Assembly (NCBI RefSeq): GCF_006345805.1
Contig: NC_043011.1
Span: 52,960,464 to 53,024,463 of the forward strand
From: Octopus sinensis
Lineage: Eukaryota
Length of the DNA stretch: 64,000 bases
Direction: 5' to 3'
The notes beneath the pieces were generated by a model. That model was not told the DNA's origin. It ran no database searches and saw only the letters and a list, made by a program, of their open reading frames with translations. Made by a program: the position numbers and the translations under genes. Positions 1 to 12,485 of the stretch are shown piece by piece; position 1 is the first letter of the stretch, and each line of letters starts with the position of its first letter.

Positions 1-134
1 CTCTCTCTCTTCAAATTTCAGGCTTCATGCTTATAGTAGAAAAAATTATTGGATCTAAATTCTAGTTCTTATGATATTTGTTGTTTTTGTTGTCGTCGTC
101 ACTGATTTTGTTTGTTTGTTGAGCGAAGCAGTCT

Positions 135-480
135 TCGTCTTGTAGTGGGAGAAGTCCAAAACGTGGTCCTTTGCTATTCGTAAGACCCGCAGAAGAGAAA
201 GCAGGTCAACCCCCGACACCGAGAGCATCGACGGATAGATGAATGCGCATCCAGGCTCAGTGGTTGCGTAGGAAGTCGGGGACAAGAAACAGGAAGAGAG
301 AGCGAGAGAAAGTTGGAGCAAAAGAGTACAACAGGGGTCGCCACCACCCCCTGCCAGAGCCTCGTGGCGCTTTAGGTGTTTTCACTCAATAAACACACAC
401 AACGCCTGGTCTGGGAATTGAAACCACAATCCTCCGACTGCGAGTCTGCTGCCCTAACCACTGGGCCATTGCGCCTTCAC
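135..480 (-). mobile_element. tRNA-derived SINE (family D)
   Basis: On - it starts gtgaaggcgcaatggcccagtggttagggcagcagactcgcagtcggaggattgtggtttcaattccc, a tRNA-like head with A and B boxes, and continues into a non-tRNA body. Confidence 0.7.
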
Positions 481-544
481 TCGTCGTCGCTGCTGTTGTT
501 GTTGTTGAGCAGATCCAGTTCAGTTCTAATGAGAAGAGCAAAGT

Positions 545-1200
545 TACAGGATTGGAAAGAAAATTATCAATGAATAACAAAACATGGAAGTGATGCTACC
601 AAAGCTAAACTAGGCCAAGACCATGCTATCGATGAATCAACAACTTGTAATATTATTCAGAGCATGAAGCTCTGACAGTGTTGCCTCATCATTGAATTTC
701 CAAACAACAAGAAGCAGAAGTACTGCAATGATTGAAATGGAACATCTCTTGCTAATTTGGATCGAAGATTGCAATAATAAATATATATTCCTTTAAGTCA
801 AATGGCTATCAAAATAATGATTGTTGGTCTGTTAGCAGCTGTTCAAATAGAAATGAAAGAAAATGAAATTGTTGGAAAAAATTTAACAAAACAATTTCTG
901 GAAGTTCTGGATGGTCCAACAGGTTTAGGAAGTGATTTAAATCAATAACATGATAGGAAAATGCAAATGCAGATGGTGGTACAGTAACTAGCTATCCTGT
1001 TGAACTGATAAAAAAAAATTATTGGAAATGGGGTTTATGTTGAACAAATTATAAATATTGATGAAGCTGGATTGTTTTGGAAATGAATGGTGAATAAAAC
1101 TTACTCAGCAAAGAATAATAATTTGCAGCCTGGTTTTGAAAGTAGCTAATGATTAAAGAGTATTATAGTTTGCTTGTGGTATTGCAATGCATATAAATGG
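545..1200 (+). mobile_element. Decayed pogo/Tigger transposase fragment
   Basis: Frameshifted peptides IEMEHLLLIWIEDCN, GSSGWSNRF, EQIINIDEAGLFWK*M fit the CENP-B/HTH_Tnp_Tc5 region and DDE_1 start. Confidence 0.75.
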
Positions 1201-1765
1201 TATATTTGGAAAAAAACCTTTGGGCAATGCAGATGGGGAGTTAGGCAATATATGTAAGGTAATATCAATATATGGAAACAAAGAGAAAAAAAATACTGTA
1301 TTCCCTTTTATAGGTTATTTAATAATCCTATATTGTTTTGGGAAAGATCCAAACAGAAGGGAAAAAATAATGCTGACTAAACCCTTTCAGTCAGTGTTGA
1401 ATAATACAAATAAAAGCTTCTTTGTTGACAACTTCAATTGAATTACCGCCACCACTTCTACTACCAACCTTTCTATTCCTTCTATTGCTATAGAGACCTG
1501 AGGGACACTCTTGACCAGTTGCCTGGCTTTGATGTGGTATTAGCGGTGGTTAATGTGGATGTGACGGTGGGGATGAAAGCTTTGTACTACTTCCTCAGAG
1601 TTCACATGTTCAAACCTGCTGTTGGTATTTTTTGTTGTGTTTCCGAGCAAAACACTTTATTTCAGTTCGTTGAGTTGTTTGGGAATAAGGCATCGGTTCA
1701 GTCTAAGAATATTAAGCATCAGACATTCATTGTCAGTCTATCAATGTAACATGGGTTTTAATTAA

Positions 1766-1968
1766 CTCTTTCGTTACTGTATTTATTTTGAGATGCTCTG
1801 TGTTTCTTTCAATAACTTTAAATATAACAAAGAATTTAGTAAAATAACTTAGTTACCATTCAGTTAGTGTTAGGAACATAAATTGTGACTAAGGTTTGGT
1901 GGAAGATTTTAATTCAAAACTTGTACTCAGAGCCAGAGCCAGTTTCAGCCAGGTTGGTAACAAAAGGG
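1766..1968. mobile_element. TTAA-flanked MITE (piggyBac-type), family P1
   Basis: ttaa|ctcttttcgttac ... gtaacaaaaggg|ttaa; same element at 4805-5024 and 55579-55756. Confidence 0.75.
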
Positions 1969-2715
1969 TTAAGTCAACAACTGTTATCATGGGGTTCATT
2001 TCTTCAGATATCCACATAAACCTTTTATATTATATAATATTTGCTGGGAATAACTTGAAATTTGTTCAACTTTCCTCTGTATAGCCTTATTTTTTGACAT
2101 CTTTGCTGTAAGTTTTTGAACAAAGCAAATTTCTTCAAACATACATGGGTCACTAAATATCTTTGCTTCATTCATATTTGTCATGATCCTTTCTACTATA
2201 GACACAAGGTCTGAAATTTGGGGATAGGGGGATAGTCAATTACATCAACCCCATTGTTCAACTGGTGCTTATTTTATCAACCTTGAAAAGATAAATGGAA
2301 AATTTGACCTCTGTTGAATTTGAACTCAGAACATAAAGATAGATGAAATGCCACTAAGTTTTTTTGTCTGGCATGCCAACACTCCTGCCAGTTCACCACC
2401 TTAATTTGATATCAGTCATAATAACATGAATAAACTAAATTCTTTCCATTTCTTTCTGTTCTGTTGTTTTCCCTACCATAATAATGTAGAAACATTGCCA
2501 GATAAGACCGGAGCCTGGTGCAGCCTTCTGGCTTCCCAGATCCTCGGTCGAACTGTCCAACCCATGCTAGCATGGAGAACGGACGTTAAACGATGATGAT
2601 GATGATGAATAAATAGTTTATTCAATTTCCTTCTTGTTCTCTCAGTAACTTTTTTTTTTTTTCGTTTTATTTCATTCCTTTAGCAATAGTAAAAAAATCT
2701 CATAACCACCAGAAG

Positions 2716-3186
2716 ATGAAACGACCTTCCAAGTTTTCTTTGAGGATCACCCCTTCTAGTGACGTTGAACAAAAGATTTTATCAGTACGCAAGCTACACA
2801 ACAACGAACTGAGAAATATGAATGGAGATCTCTTGCTGCAAATTGAGAAGCAGAAGGAAGAAATCCGACTATTGAAACGAATGGAATTGCGGCAAGCGAA
2901 AATCATCGAAAAATTTGATAACAGCAAAAACAAACTTCCAAGTCTGATTGATTCTCACAACAAAGAATTGAAAATGCTTCGGGAACAGATACGTAGTCTG
3001 AAATTTCGTTATCGAAAATCAGAAGAATCTCTGCGGGAGGCTGATGCTGAATTGGAACGGACAAAAAATAAGCTGAACAAGTACAAGATACTTCTTGAGG
3101 AGGAACAACTGATAGACAGAGCTGAGCTCACTCGGAAGTTGATACTTGCCGAACAAAGGACGGAAGAAACAGAGAAGAAGATTCAG
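2716..3186 (+). CDS. LCA5: Lebercilin-like, first visible coding exon (coiled-coil lebercilin domain)
   Basis: Translation ILSVRKLHNNELRN...LKRMELRQAKIIEKFDN...SHNKELKMLREQIR...LIDRAELTRKLILAEQRTEETEKKIQ resembles vertebrate LCA5 (RILSARLLKINEL...LKRLQYRQEKALNKF...LPERDDLAKKL). Donor CAG|gtaaat at 3186/3187. A polypyrimidine acceptor ending ttag at 2683 is in frame (IVKKSHNHQK-M), so the exon may start at 2684 and the true start may lie upstream. Confidence 0.9.
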
Positions 3187-4029
3187 GTAAATTTTTGCCT
3201 TTATTTTTTATGTTTTTATGATTTCTTTTCCTTTTCAGTTATTTCTACTTTGCAGTGTTGGGGTTGGGGTTGGGGGAGTAGTGGTGGTGGTGGTGGAATC
3301 ATTTTAGAGAATCTGATTAACTGTAAGGAGCAGGAGGAGAAACTGTCAAAGATTTTTATGACAGAAATCATTATCACATACAGTATTGTAAAGCTGTTAT
3401 TATTGCAATCACCAGTTATCATTACCGCCACCACCACCACCACCACCATTGTTGTTGTCAGGAGCATCGTTATTGCTGTTATCGTAATTGTCTCACTGCC
3501 ATCCATTCCACTGCTTCCTTCTCACCGTCATCATTGTTGCTAATAGTTGCACCACCACCACCACAACAACCATCACCACCACCACCACCTCAACCATTAT
3601 CACTGTCATCTTTGCTTTCAACACATAAATACCCTTCACATCTGCAGCCTAATCAAGGCAACCACCCTAAAACTAATACTCCTTCATCGTCATTATTTTC
3701 TTCATCTTATCCCTGACATTGATGTCAATGATCTCTCTCTCTCTCTCTCCCCCACCCTTCATAATCATCTCATCATCATCATCATCATCACCACCAATGC
3801 TATTATCTCCAAGGCAGTGAAGGAGCCATCTCAGAGTACTCATTAAACTTTCTAAAAATAAAAGTCAAATCTCAAACCTTAAGTAATACGATCTTAAGTA
3901 ATACGAAAAGTTGTGTTGGTCATGGCTGGAACACCTTTGATTGTAAGTGTGCTCAGTCAGAGCTGACTTAGGGTTAAACAATGGTAATAAGTTCCTCCTC
4001 ACTCTGATATATTATTTTTAACATCTGTT

Positions 4030-4300
4030 TTTAACATCAGTGCTGGTGACACGTAAAAGCAACATCCGTTCGTGGCCGTTTGCCAGCTCCGTCTGGCACC
4101 TGTGCAGGTGGCACGTAAAAAGCACCCACTACACTCACGGAGTGGTTGGCGTTAGGAAGGGCATCCAGCCGTAGAAACACTGCCAGATCTGACTGGGCCT
4201 GATGCAGCCTTCCGGCTTCACAGAGCCCCAGTTGAACCGTCCAACCCATGCTAGCATGGAAAGCGGACGCTAAATGATGATGATGATGATGATGATGATG
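4030..4300 (+). mobile_element. RTE-type retroposon 3' end (family C) with (GAT)n tail
   Basis: gtggttggcgttaggaagggcatccagccgtagaaac...ccatgctagcatggaaagcggacgctaaatgatgat. Recurs at about 2500-2610, 6710-7400(-), 16745-17025, 24030-24140(-), 30660-31030(-), 36150-36570, 43960-44300, 48900-49050(-), 51100-51335, 53690-54120, 58100-58330(-), 58440-58635 and 59715-60020(-). Confidence 0.7.
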
Positions 4301-4344
4301 TTTTGCCTCAACGCTTTCTTAATTTGTTTCTTCATTTATACTAG

Positions 4345-4482
4345 AACTTACAGAGCCATACCGAACATCTCGTAAATAATCACAAACACGAGATCAATAT
4401 CGAGAAGGGCCAAAACAAGAAGTTGAAAGTCTCTTTACAGAATTTGGAAGAGAGATTCAGTCGGTTGGAACTGCAGCTTTTG
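4345..4482 (+). CDS. LCA5: Lebercilin-like coding exon (phase 0-0, 46 codons)
   Basis: ttcatttatactag|AAC...CTT TTG|gtaagt; NLQSHTEHLVNNHKHEINIEKGQNKKLKVSLQNLEERFSRLELQLL continues the coiled coil in frame. Confidence 0.88.
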
Positions 4483-4804
4483 GTAAGTAGCAAGTTTCTC
4501 AAACTTGAAGACACTCCGATCTTAAGGATGTCCTCGTCCCAAATCTTGGTCTGGTAATTTTCAAACTTCAATAAACATAGACACAAGATCTCACTATTTT
4601 CACATACTTTATGAAAATGTTTTGCTAGTGGTTAATAATCTATAGATCAATATAAGATATATTGAATGCTTTTGGTCTGCATATTTTCTTTAACTTTTAT
4701 AGTGTGGAGACATGGCAAGTTTAGCTTGGGAACCCTTTACTGAGGTTAAAATTGGTTTATGAAAAAGTAACCTTAATCTTATAGGATGCACAGTAAATTT
4801 TTAA

Positions 4805-5024
4805 CCCTTTTGTTACTGTATTTATTTTGAGATGCTCTGTGTTTCTTTCAATTACTTTAAATATAACAAAGAATTTAGTAAAATAACTCAGTTATCATTC
4901 ATCTAGTATTAGAAACATAAATTGTGACTAAGGTTTGGTGGAAGATTTTAATTCAAAACTTGTGAAAACATCACATTTGTACTCAGAGTCAGAGCCAGTT
5001 TCAGCCGGGTTGGTAATGAAAGGG
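4805..5024. mobile_element. TTAA-flanked MITE, family P1
   Basis: ttaa|cccttttgttac ... gtaatgaaaggg|ttaa. Confidence 0.8.
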
Positions 5025-5628
5025 TTAAGCTTCATTTTCAGAAAAAGTAGCATCCTTGATGCTGAAAAATATGATAGCTCTTTTATGTCTGTAGCAGGTA
5101 ATTATGACAAAACTTGGTGGGGGGAGCAATATATGTACATATTTATTGCTACAATTGTATTAGGCTTTATGAAAAACAGACAGCATCAAATTATTAGAAG
5201 ATCACATTCACAGGAGTTGAAAACTTACTGATTGGCACCTTGCTGCCAAAATGTGTGGTGTTGATTTTTCATCAACTCTGATTTGGTTTATAGCTGTGAA
5301 GGTAGCTATTAGGAGGAATCGCATTGGTTTGAGTATGTAGCTAATAGGGCAGAGTTTTTGTGACTGCAGCGAGGTAAGTGAAACTCTCTCTCTGATACAA
5401 CACACCAAATTTGTTTTTTTTATAAAGCTGATGCTACAGAACTTTTCTAGTATTATCCGGTGTACACTTGACTCTCATTTGTTGAAAATGGGGTCTGCAC
5501 ACATTATAGATGCATGAATAACATACAATCGAAAATGAAAGTGAAAATGAAATCAACCACCATATATTTTAGGCTGATTTAGTCATGTGAATTGGCAACT
5601 TAGTGCCAGTCTAGATCTGCAAGAACAC

Positions 5629-6035
5629 GGTGGTGAGCTGGCAGAAACATTAGCACGCTGGGCGAAATGCTTAGTGGTATTTTGTCTGCCATTACGTTCT
5701 GAGTTCAAATTCCGCCGAGGTCAGCTATGTCTTTCATGCTTTTGGGGTCGATAGATTATGCACTGGGGTTGATGTAATCGACTTAATCTGTTTGTCTGTC
5801 CTTGTTTGTCCTCTCTGTGTTTAGCCCCTTGTGGGTAGTAAAGAAATAGGTATTTCGTCTGCCGTTACGTTCTGAATTCAAATTCCGCTGAGGCCGACTT
5901 TGCCTTTCATCCTTTCGGGGTTGATAAATTAAGTACCAGTTACACACTGGGGTTGATGTAATCGACTTAATCCCTTTGTCTGTCCTTGATTGTCCCCTCT
6001 ATGTTTAGCCCCTTGTGGGCAATAAAGAAATAAGA
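5629..6035 (+). mobile_element. tRNA-derived SINE family A, dimeric body
   Basis: Head ggtggtgagctggcagaaacattagcac...gagttcaaattcc (A and B boxes) followed by two tandem bodies. The same family occurs at about 2208-2402(-), 11896-12125, 12726-13280, 15170-16200, 27217-27410, 47868-48090, 55385-55575(-) and 55920-56105(-). Confidence 0.8.
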
Positions 6036-6299
6036 ACAAGACTGGAAATAAACTGCAGAAAAACTTAGGTATGGTTGTGTGGTTAAGAAGCTTGCTTTGC
6101 AACCATATGGGAAGGCACTTAACTTAGTAGTTTGGGTATTCAGCTCAAAATCATAAGGTTGTGAATTTGATTCCCAGCAGTGTGTTGTGTCCTTGAGTAA
6201 GACACTTTGTTTCACATTGCTCCACTCCGCTCAGCTGGCAAAAATGAGTTGTACCTGCAATTGAAAGGACCAGTAGCCTTCTCAGAATTTTTAGTCAAA

Positions 6300-6650
6300 T
6301 GTATCGACCCCAGTACTTCCTTTCTTTTTATAAGCCTTGGTACTTATTCTGTCAGTCTCTTTTGCCAAGCTGCTTATTTATGGGGGACGTAAACACACCA
6401 GCACCAGTTGTCAAGTGGTGGGTGGGGGTTGGAGGAAAACAGACACAAGGACCTACACATACACACATATGTATATATATATGTATATACAATGGGCTTC
6501 TTTCAGTTTCCATATACCAATTCCACTCACAAGGATTTGTTATGCACAAGGCTATCGTTGAAGACATTTGCCTAAGGTGCCACACAATGAGACTGAACCC
6601 AGGACCATGTAGTTGGGAAGCAAGCTTCTTACTACACAGCCATACCTTTG
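6300..6650 (-). mobile_element. tRNA-derived SINE family B
   Basis: Reverse complement of the ggcgcaggagtggctgtgtggtaag...aagcccgtc-(microsatellite)-...ggcggtgctccagcatggcc family. Confidence 0.75.
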
Positions 6651-6666
6651 CCTAATACATATATGT

Positions 6667-6706
<40 letters not shown>

Positions 6707-7438
6707 CTCATCATCATCATTTAACATCCATTGTCCATGCTGGCATAGGTTGGATGGTTTGACCAGGGCTGGTAAACTGAGGGGCTGCACCAGACTCCAG
6801 TCTAATTTGATATAGTTTCTACAGCTGGATGCCCTTCCTAATGCCAACTACTCCGAGAGTGTAATGGGTATGTCTACGTGCCACTGGCACGGGTGCCAGT
6901 TACATGACACCAGCATTGGCCACATTGCCTCTGTGAAGCCAAACGCTTTAATGGTGCTTTTTATGTGCCACTGGCATGGGTGCCAGTTATGTGACACCAG
7001 CATTGGTCACATTGCCTCCGTGAGGCCCAACACTTGAATGGTGCTTTTACATGCCACCAGCATGGATGCCAATTATGTGATGCCAACACCGGCCATGACT
7101 ACGATTTCACTTGGCTTGACAGGTCTTCCCAAGCATGGCATATCACCAAAGGTCTCGTTCATTGGTCATTGCCTCTGTGAGACCCACTGTTTAAAGATCA
7201 TGCTTCACCACCTCATTCCATGTCTTCCTGGTTCTACCTCTAACACAGGATCCCTCCACATTTAGAGATCAGCACTTCTTTATACAGCTGTCTTTGTCCA
7301 TACGCATCACTTGACCACACCAGCTCAGTTGTCTCTCTTGCACACCACACCTGATGCCTCTTATGCCCAACTTTTCTTTCAAGATGCTTATATACATGCA
7401 CACATGAACATACATTCTTGAATTTTTACTTTGTGTAG

Positions 7439-7636
7439 GAAAAGGAGAAAGAATTAGAAGTTTGGAATATTTACAGCAACCGACAAAAAGCTGTTGCCAA
7501 CAAGTTAAATGGTTCCTTCAACACACCACGATCAACTCCTTCCATTAAGAACAAATTTAATGAGAAAATACCTCCTATGACTCCTCCTTTTCATCGTATT
7601 AAGAAGTATGAAGAATTAAGAAGACAGAAGGAATTG
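7439..7636 (+). CDS. LCA5: Lebercilin-like coding exon (phase 0-0, 66 codons)
   Basis: tttttactttgtgtag|GAA...GAA TTG|gtaagt; begins EKEKELEVWNIYSNR, matching the conserved LCA5 EKERELDIKNIYSNR motif. Confidence 0.92.
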
Positions 7637-7724
7637 GTAAGTTGAAATTGAGGAACTGAAATTCTTAATGGCACATATTTCTGTGTAGGGCTTATTTTGT
7701 TTGTTTTGCTCCGTTTATCTAAAC

Positions 7725-7985
7725 CAGTGGTTCTCAACAATTTTTTTACCTATGGACCCCTTTGATTTCTATTTTACTCAAATGGAGCTTTCATATCCAT
7801 TCAATGTTTAAAAACAAAAATGCTATTATATTTTTATAGTAAAATATTAGGAATTGTATAAAAAAAAAATTGTTCAACTATTTTGTTTATTATGGAAATA
7901 TAATCAATATATTGCACATAACCTTTAACAGCAGAATCTTATATGGACCCCTAAGGGTCATGCAGATCTCAGTTGAGAACCACTG
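7725..7985. mobile_element. hAT (Charlie-like) MITE with perfect 8-bp TSD
   Basis: atctaaac|cagtggttctcaac ... gttgagaaccactg|atctaaac. A related, interrupted copy spans about 42670-43460. Confidence 0.92.
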
Positions 7986-8634
7986 ATCTAAACCATAATG
8001 GTGACCATTACCCCTAATCATTAACTTAACATTGATTTGCTACTTATTTTATCTGGGGCTCTGTGTATCTTATCTACTCAGTTTTTCTTAAGTTGGTCTT
8101 AGATATTTCTGAAGTCTGCTATATAGTAACATCTTTAATCTGGGACTATGGGACTGCAGTGTGAAGAGCCAGAAGAACGACAGACCCATGAATGATATAA
8201 TTTTATTATGTTTCAATGAGAGTGGGGGTTCACTTCTTTGGTATAGACCTCTCACCTAGACTAAAGGACTCCCAAAGATGACCTTGTGATCTACTTCTTC
8301 CATGGATACATTTAAGACGTATCAATTTTTTTAATCTAGCATAGTTATGCTTCATTCATTTACGGCACATAATTATCAAGAGCAAGGTGGGTTAAATACA
8401 TTAAAGTACATGACAATAGCCAAAGGATGAACAGTTTATATTCTACCTCTAATATTGCATTGTGTCAATGTGGCCCTGTTAGGTAACTCTTAAATGGCCC
8501 AGTCCACCTAGCAGAATATAGCTTCCTAATACCAACACTCTAATATTGACTTATGGTTCATGAATTTGAAGTGCTGAGTTCGAATTCAAGTTTTTAGAAA
8601 AGTGGGGTTCATTGCAGCTGATTTATTCTAGATA

Positions 8635-8839
8635 TGTGAGGGTGCAGAAAAATTCCTGGCTGCAAAAGGCCTGGTTAGAGGCCTGACCTTCCGAGTTCTT
8701 TTACAGAGATTAGAAAAACTGAAGGACCACTGTAATAAGTGTGTGAATCTGAGAAGTGAATATGTTGAATAAAATCATAATTAACTGATCCTCCTGTATT
8801 TTCTTTTACCCAAAGCCAAGAATTTTTCAATACCATTTA
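8635..8839 (+). mobile_element. Mariner-derived MITE
   Basis: TA-flanked imperfect TIRs (gagggtgcagaaaaattcctggct / agccaagaatttttcaatacc); internal LEKLKDHCNKCVNLRSEYVE* resembles a mariner transposase C-terminus. Confidence 0.75.
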
Positions 8840-9141
8840 TATGATATATGAAGACAAGATCTTCAGTAGCATCCTAACACATGAGAGTAAAATGAAAAAT
8901 AAAAAAAAGAAAGAATATTTGAAATATATTACTTGGTCAGCTTCTATACTGTTTCTTTCTCCTCTCTACTTTACATTTCTTATTCTAGTTATAAACATAG
9001 TATCATTTTCATAACGTGATAATTATAAAGGTCAGCTCACTATCTTAGGACCCACGTGGGAGCTTCAGCATGATTGCTTGACCAGCTTGAGATAGCAGAC
9101 AAATATCCCTCAAACCAAACCGTCATCTTAGAAAATATATA

Positions 9142-9653
9142 CCGTAAATCCTCGAGTATAATCCACATTTTTCCCAAAATTTAAAGGTCAAAATCCCTAG
9201 TGCGTACTATATACGAGGTTAACAATGAAAAATATTTTCTAAGCAATGTCTGAGTCTCTATTTGTTGTCTGGCAATGTTTATTCAGACACATTTTGTGAT
9301 GTTGGGTGCGAAAATACCTTAAGCTAAGCCTGAAAGCAATGAAGTCATAAAAGAATCATCCGTAACTTGCAATAAGCAACCTTTATTAAACGTTATTACA
9401 GTTATTTCTTTATTTTCTGCAAACAAAATGCACAAAAAACCTACACGTTTGCATCATGTTATATATACAATAATAATAAAGGATGTTACCGTATACATTT
9501 TCACAAACCAAGGACGTTATACAGACCTCCTTGACACAAGTTAGAGAAGGGGTGCGTATTATACACAAGGTTTAGGTTTTTCAGAGGTACAGCCCCCTAA
9601 AAATCCCCTGCGTATTATATACTCAAGGGCGGACTATACTCGAAGATTTACAG
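9142..9653. mobile_element. TA-flanked Tc1/mariner-pogo-type MITE
   Basis: ta|ccgtaaatcctcgagtataatcc ... ggactatactcgaagatttacag|ta. Confidence 0.85.
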
Positions 9654-10241
9654 TATACATATACCAAAAGACATTAATAGTCCTGAAAAAAATGATGGGT
9701 TGGACTTCAGACACTTTTGATCATAAGTCTGCTTCATTTGGTTCAACTTAGAACTAAACATCATATTTGGAAAGAATATGAAGAGTTATGGTCTTCATAT
9801 TCGAAGAGCATTTGCAGATTGATTGCTAAAATAGCATCTGGGAATTAAACCCAATCCACATATGTAGTTGATTAGAAACTTTTCACCTACACTGAAAGGC
9901 TCAGTATATGTCACTAGATAGTGGTTATTTAAATACTTTGTGAGGTTTTATATATACAGTAGGATTATGGCTGTATATTCAGGCTATACATTATATCTCT
10001 TTGGCATTTTTACACTGTTCATGTATTCCACACTCATTTAAACATCCATCATTCCTCTTATTCTTTGTTTCAGCACTCAAAGTATACTATTAATGTCCAT
10101 CTTAGATTAGCCACCCCCGCTTAATATGTCTGTCAGGCCCTTTGATTCTCCCTTGCTTTATTTCAGTTTCTCAGAAACCTTGTATTCATTCATTCCATTT
10201 ATCTGTGTTTTAAAATATTTCTACTTCTGCTTGTCTCACAG

Positions 10242-11378
10242 AAAAGGGCACAAGAGAAGCTGGCAATGAAGAATCCTTCCACCGCTCAGAACGCAGGAGA
10301 TATAAAAAGCGTACAAGATATTAACCATCCAAGTAAAGCATTCAATACAAAAGTACTGATGTCTGAAAAGCATGGCCACACAGAGAAAATCCCAGAAAAA
10401 ACAAAAGAAGAGAGCAAGGAGCGGGAGAAGAAGGAAATGAAGTTCACATCTGACAGCTATGAGCAAGAGCCAGAAATAGCTGATTGGATAAATACAGACA
10501 ACAAACAGATGGAAAAGCGAAAGGAAGCAGAGAAGATAAGTGTAAATGATGATTTGGGTTACAAGTTAAAAAAGATTGAAGAAACAAAACCAAAGGAAGC
10601 AATACCAAAGAAGGCACCCGAAGAACCGAAACAGGTCCCCAGTGATAGGGAAAAGTCAGAATTAAAACAGAAACAAGATGAGGAACGTAGAAAGAAGGAT
10701 TTACTGCTGGCAAAGTTAAAAGAAATTGATGATAATCCTGAAGTACCTTTGAAGTCTGATAGCATGTTCTCCAATGAAGATGTGTCAACTAAAGCTGATA
10801 ATAAAACACATTATTCATTCTCACAGAAGACTGAGAACCTTCACCAGGGTCGTCCAGTGAATGAACATAACTCTAAAAGAAATTCTCCATTAACATTAAA
10901 TGGATTCTCAGAAAAAGTCACAGAACCCTTAGATATTAAAAATGATTTATTGCTTTTAAAGGACAACTCCATTGAAGATTTTTTTACAAATGATATGTCG
11001 TTGGCTTCTCACAAACCTGTGAATGAGTTTAAAGGAAGAAATGGAGACGCCAGTGATGCTAAATGGCACGAAAAGTCAGTTGGAAAGAACAAGAACAGTA
11101 TTTTCAAAGAGCTATTTGAAGACACTCCGCAAGACAATCTGCCAAGCAATGGAGACTTTTTAGGTTTTAAGTATAGTGATGGGGATTCAAACCTCATTGG
11201 CTCTTCAGAACCAAATGTTTGGGATGTCGGCGATATGTTGAGAAACGACAGCAGAAACAATGAGAAACATTCCACAAAGCTGTTGCCATCTCGTCCGCAA
11301 ATGAATAGGTTTGAGAAGAGGTCAACATTGGACTCTTTAGACAATTCCATGGACAGTGTTGAAGAAATCATTCTTTGA
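10242..11378 (+). CDS. LCA5: Lebercilin-like terminal coding exon
   Basis: cttctgcttgtctcacag|AAA AGG GCA in frame with ORF 10266-11378; contains KKDLLLAKLKEID and KNSIFKELF, similar to LCA5 LLAKLNEID and NLMEQLF; ends TGA. Confidence 0.88.
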   Translation, partial: KRAQEKLAMKNPSTAQNAGDIKSVQDINHPSKAFNTKVLMSEKHGHTEKIPEKTKEESKEREKKEMKFTSDSYEQEPEIADWINTDNKQMEKRKEAEKISVNDDLGYKLKKIEETKPKEAIPKKAPEEPKQVPSDREKSELKQKQDEERRKKDLLLAKLKEIDDNPEVPLKSDSMFSNEDVSTKADNKTHYSFSQKTENLHQGRPVNEHNSKRNSPLTLNGFSEKVTEPLDIKNDLLLLKDNSIEDFFTNDMSLASHKPVNEFKGRNGDASDAKWHEKSVGKNKNSIFKELFEDTPQDNLPSNGDFLGFKYSDGDSNLIGSSEPNVWDVGDMLRNDSRNNEKHSTKLLPSRPQMNRFEKRSTLDSLDNSMDSVEEIIL

Positions 11379-11492
11379 TGGTGCTTTAGTGGAAATATCA
11401 TATGCTATGGTATCATGGTTTATTTATTTTGTTATGTTATATTGCAGGATATCAGATGAATTTATTTATTTTTTTGTTAAAACAGGGTAAAA

Positions 11493-11498
11493 AATAAA
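11493..11498 (+). promoter_or_regulatory. Candidate polyadenylation signal AATAAA for LCA5 (second one at 11589-11594)
   Basis: AATAAA 115 nt after the stop codon, in AT-rich 3' UTR-like sequence. Confidence 0.5.
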
Positions 11499-11864
11499 AC
11501 CCAAAAAACCCATGACTATAAAGATATACAATGATTTCTTTTTAAGAAAAAAAAAATCTCAAATTACTGAGCTTACAAAAATTGATTAAATAAAAAAGTA
11601 AATAATTATATTTTGGGGGTTTTTTATATTTGAGGAGCGATACTGTACACATATCACATATGTTATATTTATTGTTATGTATAATATATAAATCATATTA
11701 CAATAAATGGTTTCTCTTGTATATTCTGTTGTGTTTTGTTACCATGGTTAACAAATATTGTGGCTGTGTTGTAGGAAGTTTGCTTCCTAACCACATGGTT
11801 CTGGGTTCAATTCCATGGCATAGCACCTTGGACAAATGTCTAGCCTTTGGGGCCAATAAAAGAA

Positions 11865-11899
<35 letters not shown>

Positions 11900-12485
11900 G
11901 TTGATATGCTGGCAGAATTGTTTGCACACAGGACAAGAGGCTTAGTGGCATTTCACCCGTCTTTACATTCTGAGTTTTAAGTTCTGTCAAAGTTGATTTT
12001 CGTCTTTCATCCAGTTGAGGTTCATAAAATAAGTACCAGTTGAATACTTGGGTTGATGTAATCGACTAGCCCCCTCCCACCAAACTCCAAGTTTTGTGCC
12101 TATAGTAGACAGAAAGAATTACTATTTTAAAGCATCAGACAAAATACTTTGCCATATTTATTCCGGTTTTTTATGTTCGAGATTCAAATCTCCCTGGAGT
12201 CTCAACATGGCCTCTCATTCTTCTGGCAGGGGTGGGGTGGGGTTAAAGTTAAACACCAGTTAAGTACTGAAGTACTATACCACTCTCTCTACAAATTTCT
12301 GGCCTTGTATCTTTTGTTAGGAATTTTAATTCTTATTAGATTGTTGGAGTGTTGGAAAATACCTTGCTGTATCTCTTTCAGCTCTGTATGTTTGGAGTTC
12401 AAATTTCATCAGGGTTAGTTTTGTCTTTTTGCCCTTTCTGGGGTTGATATGATCGACTACACACAAATCCCAACTTGTGAACTTG

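Noticed and set aside
1438-1749. 103-aa ORF with mixed composition
   Set aside because: No splice context linking it to LCA5 and no recognisable family. The opposite strand looks vaguely like a decayed retroelement N-terminus, but too weakly to call.
3187-3543. 3' part of ORF 2716-3543
   Set aside because: Read-through into the intron after the donor at 3186; low-complexity GGT/ACC-repeat translation.
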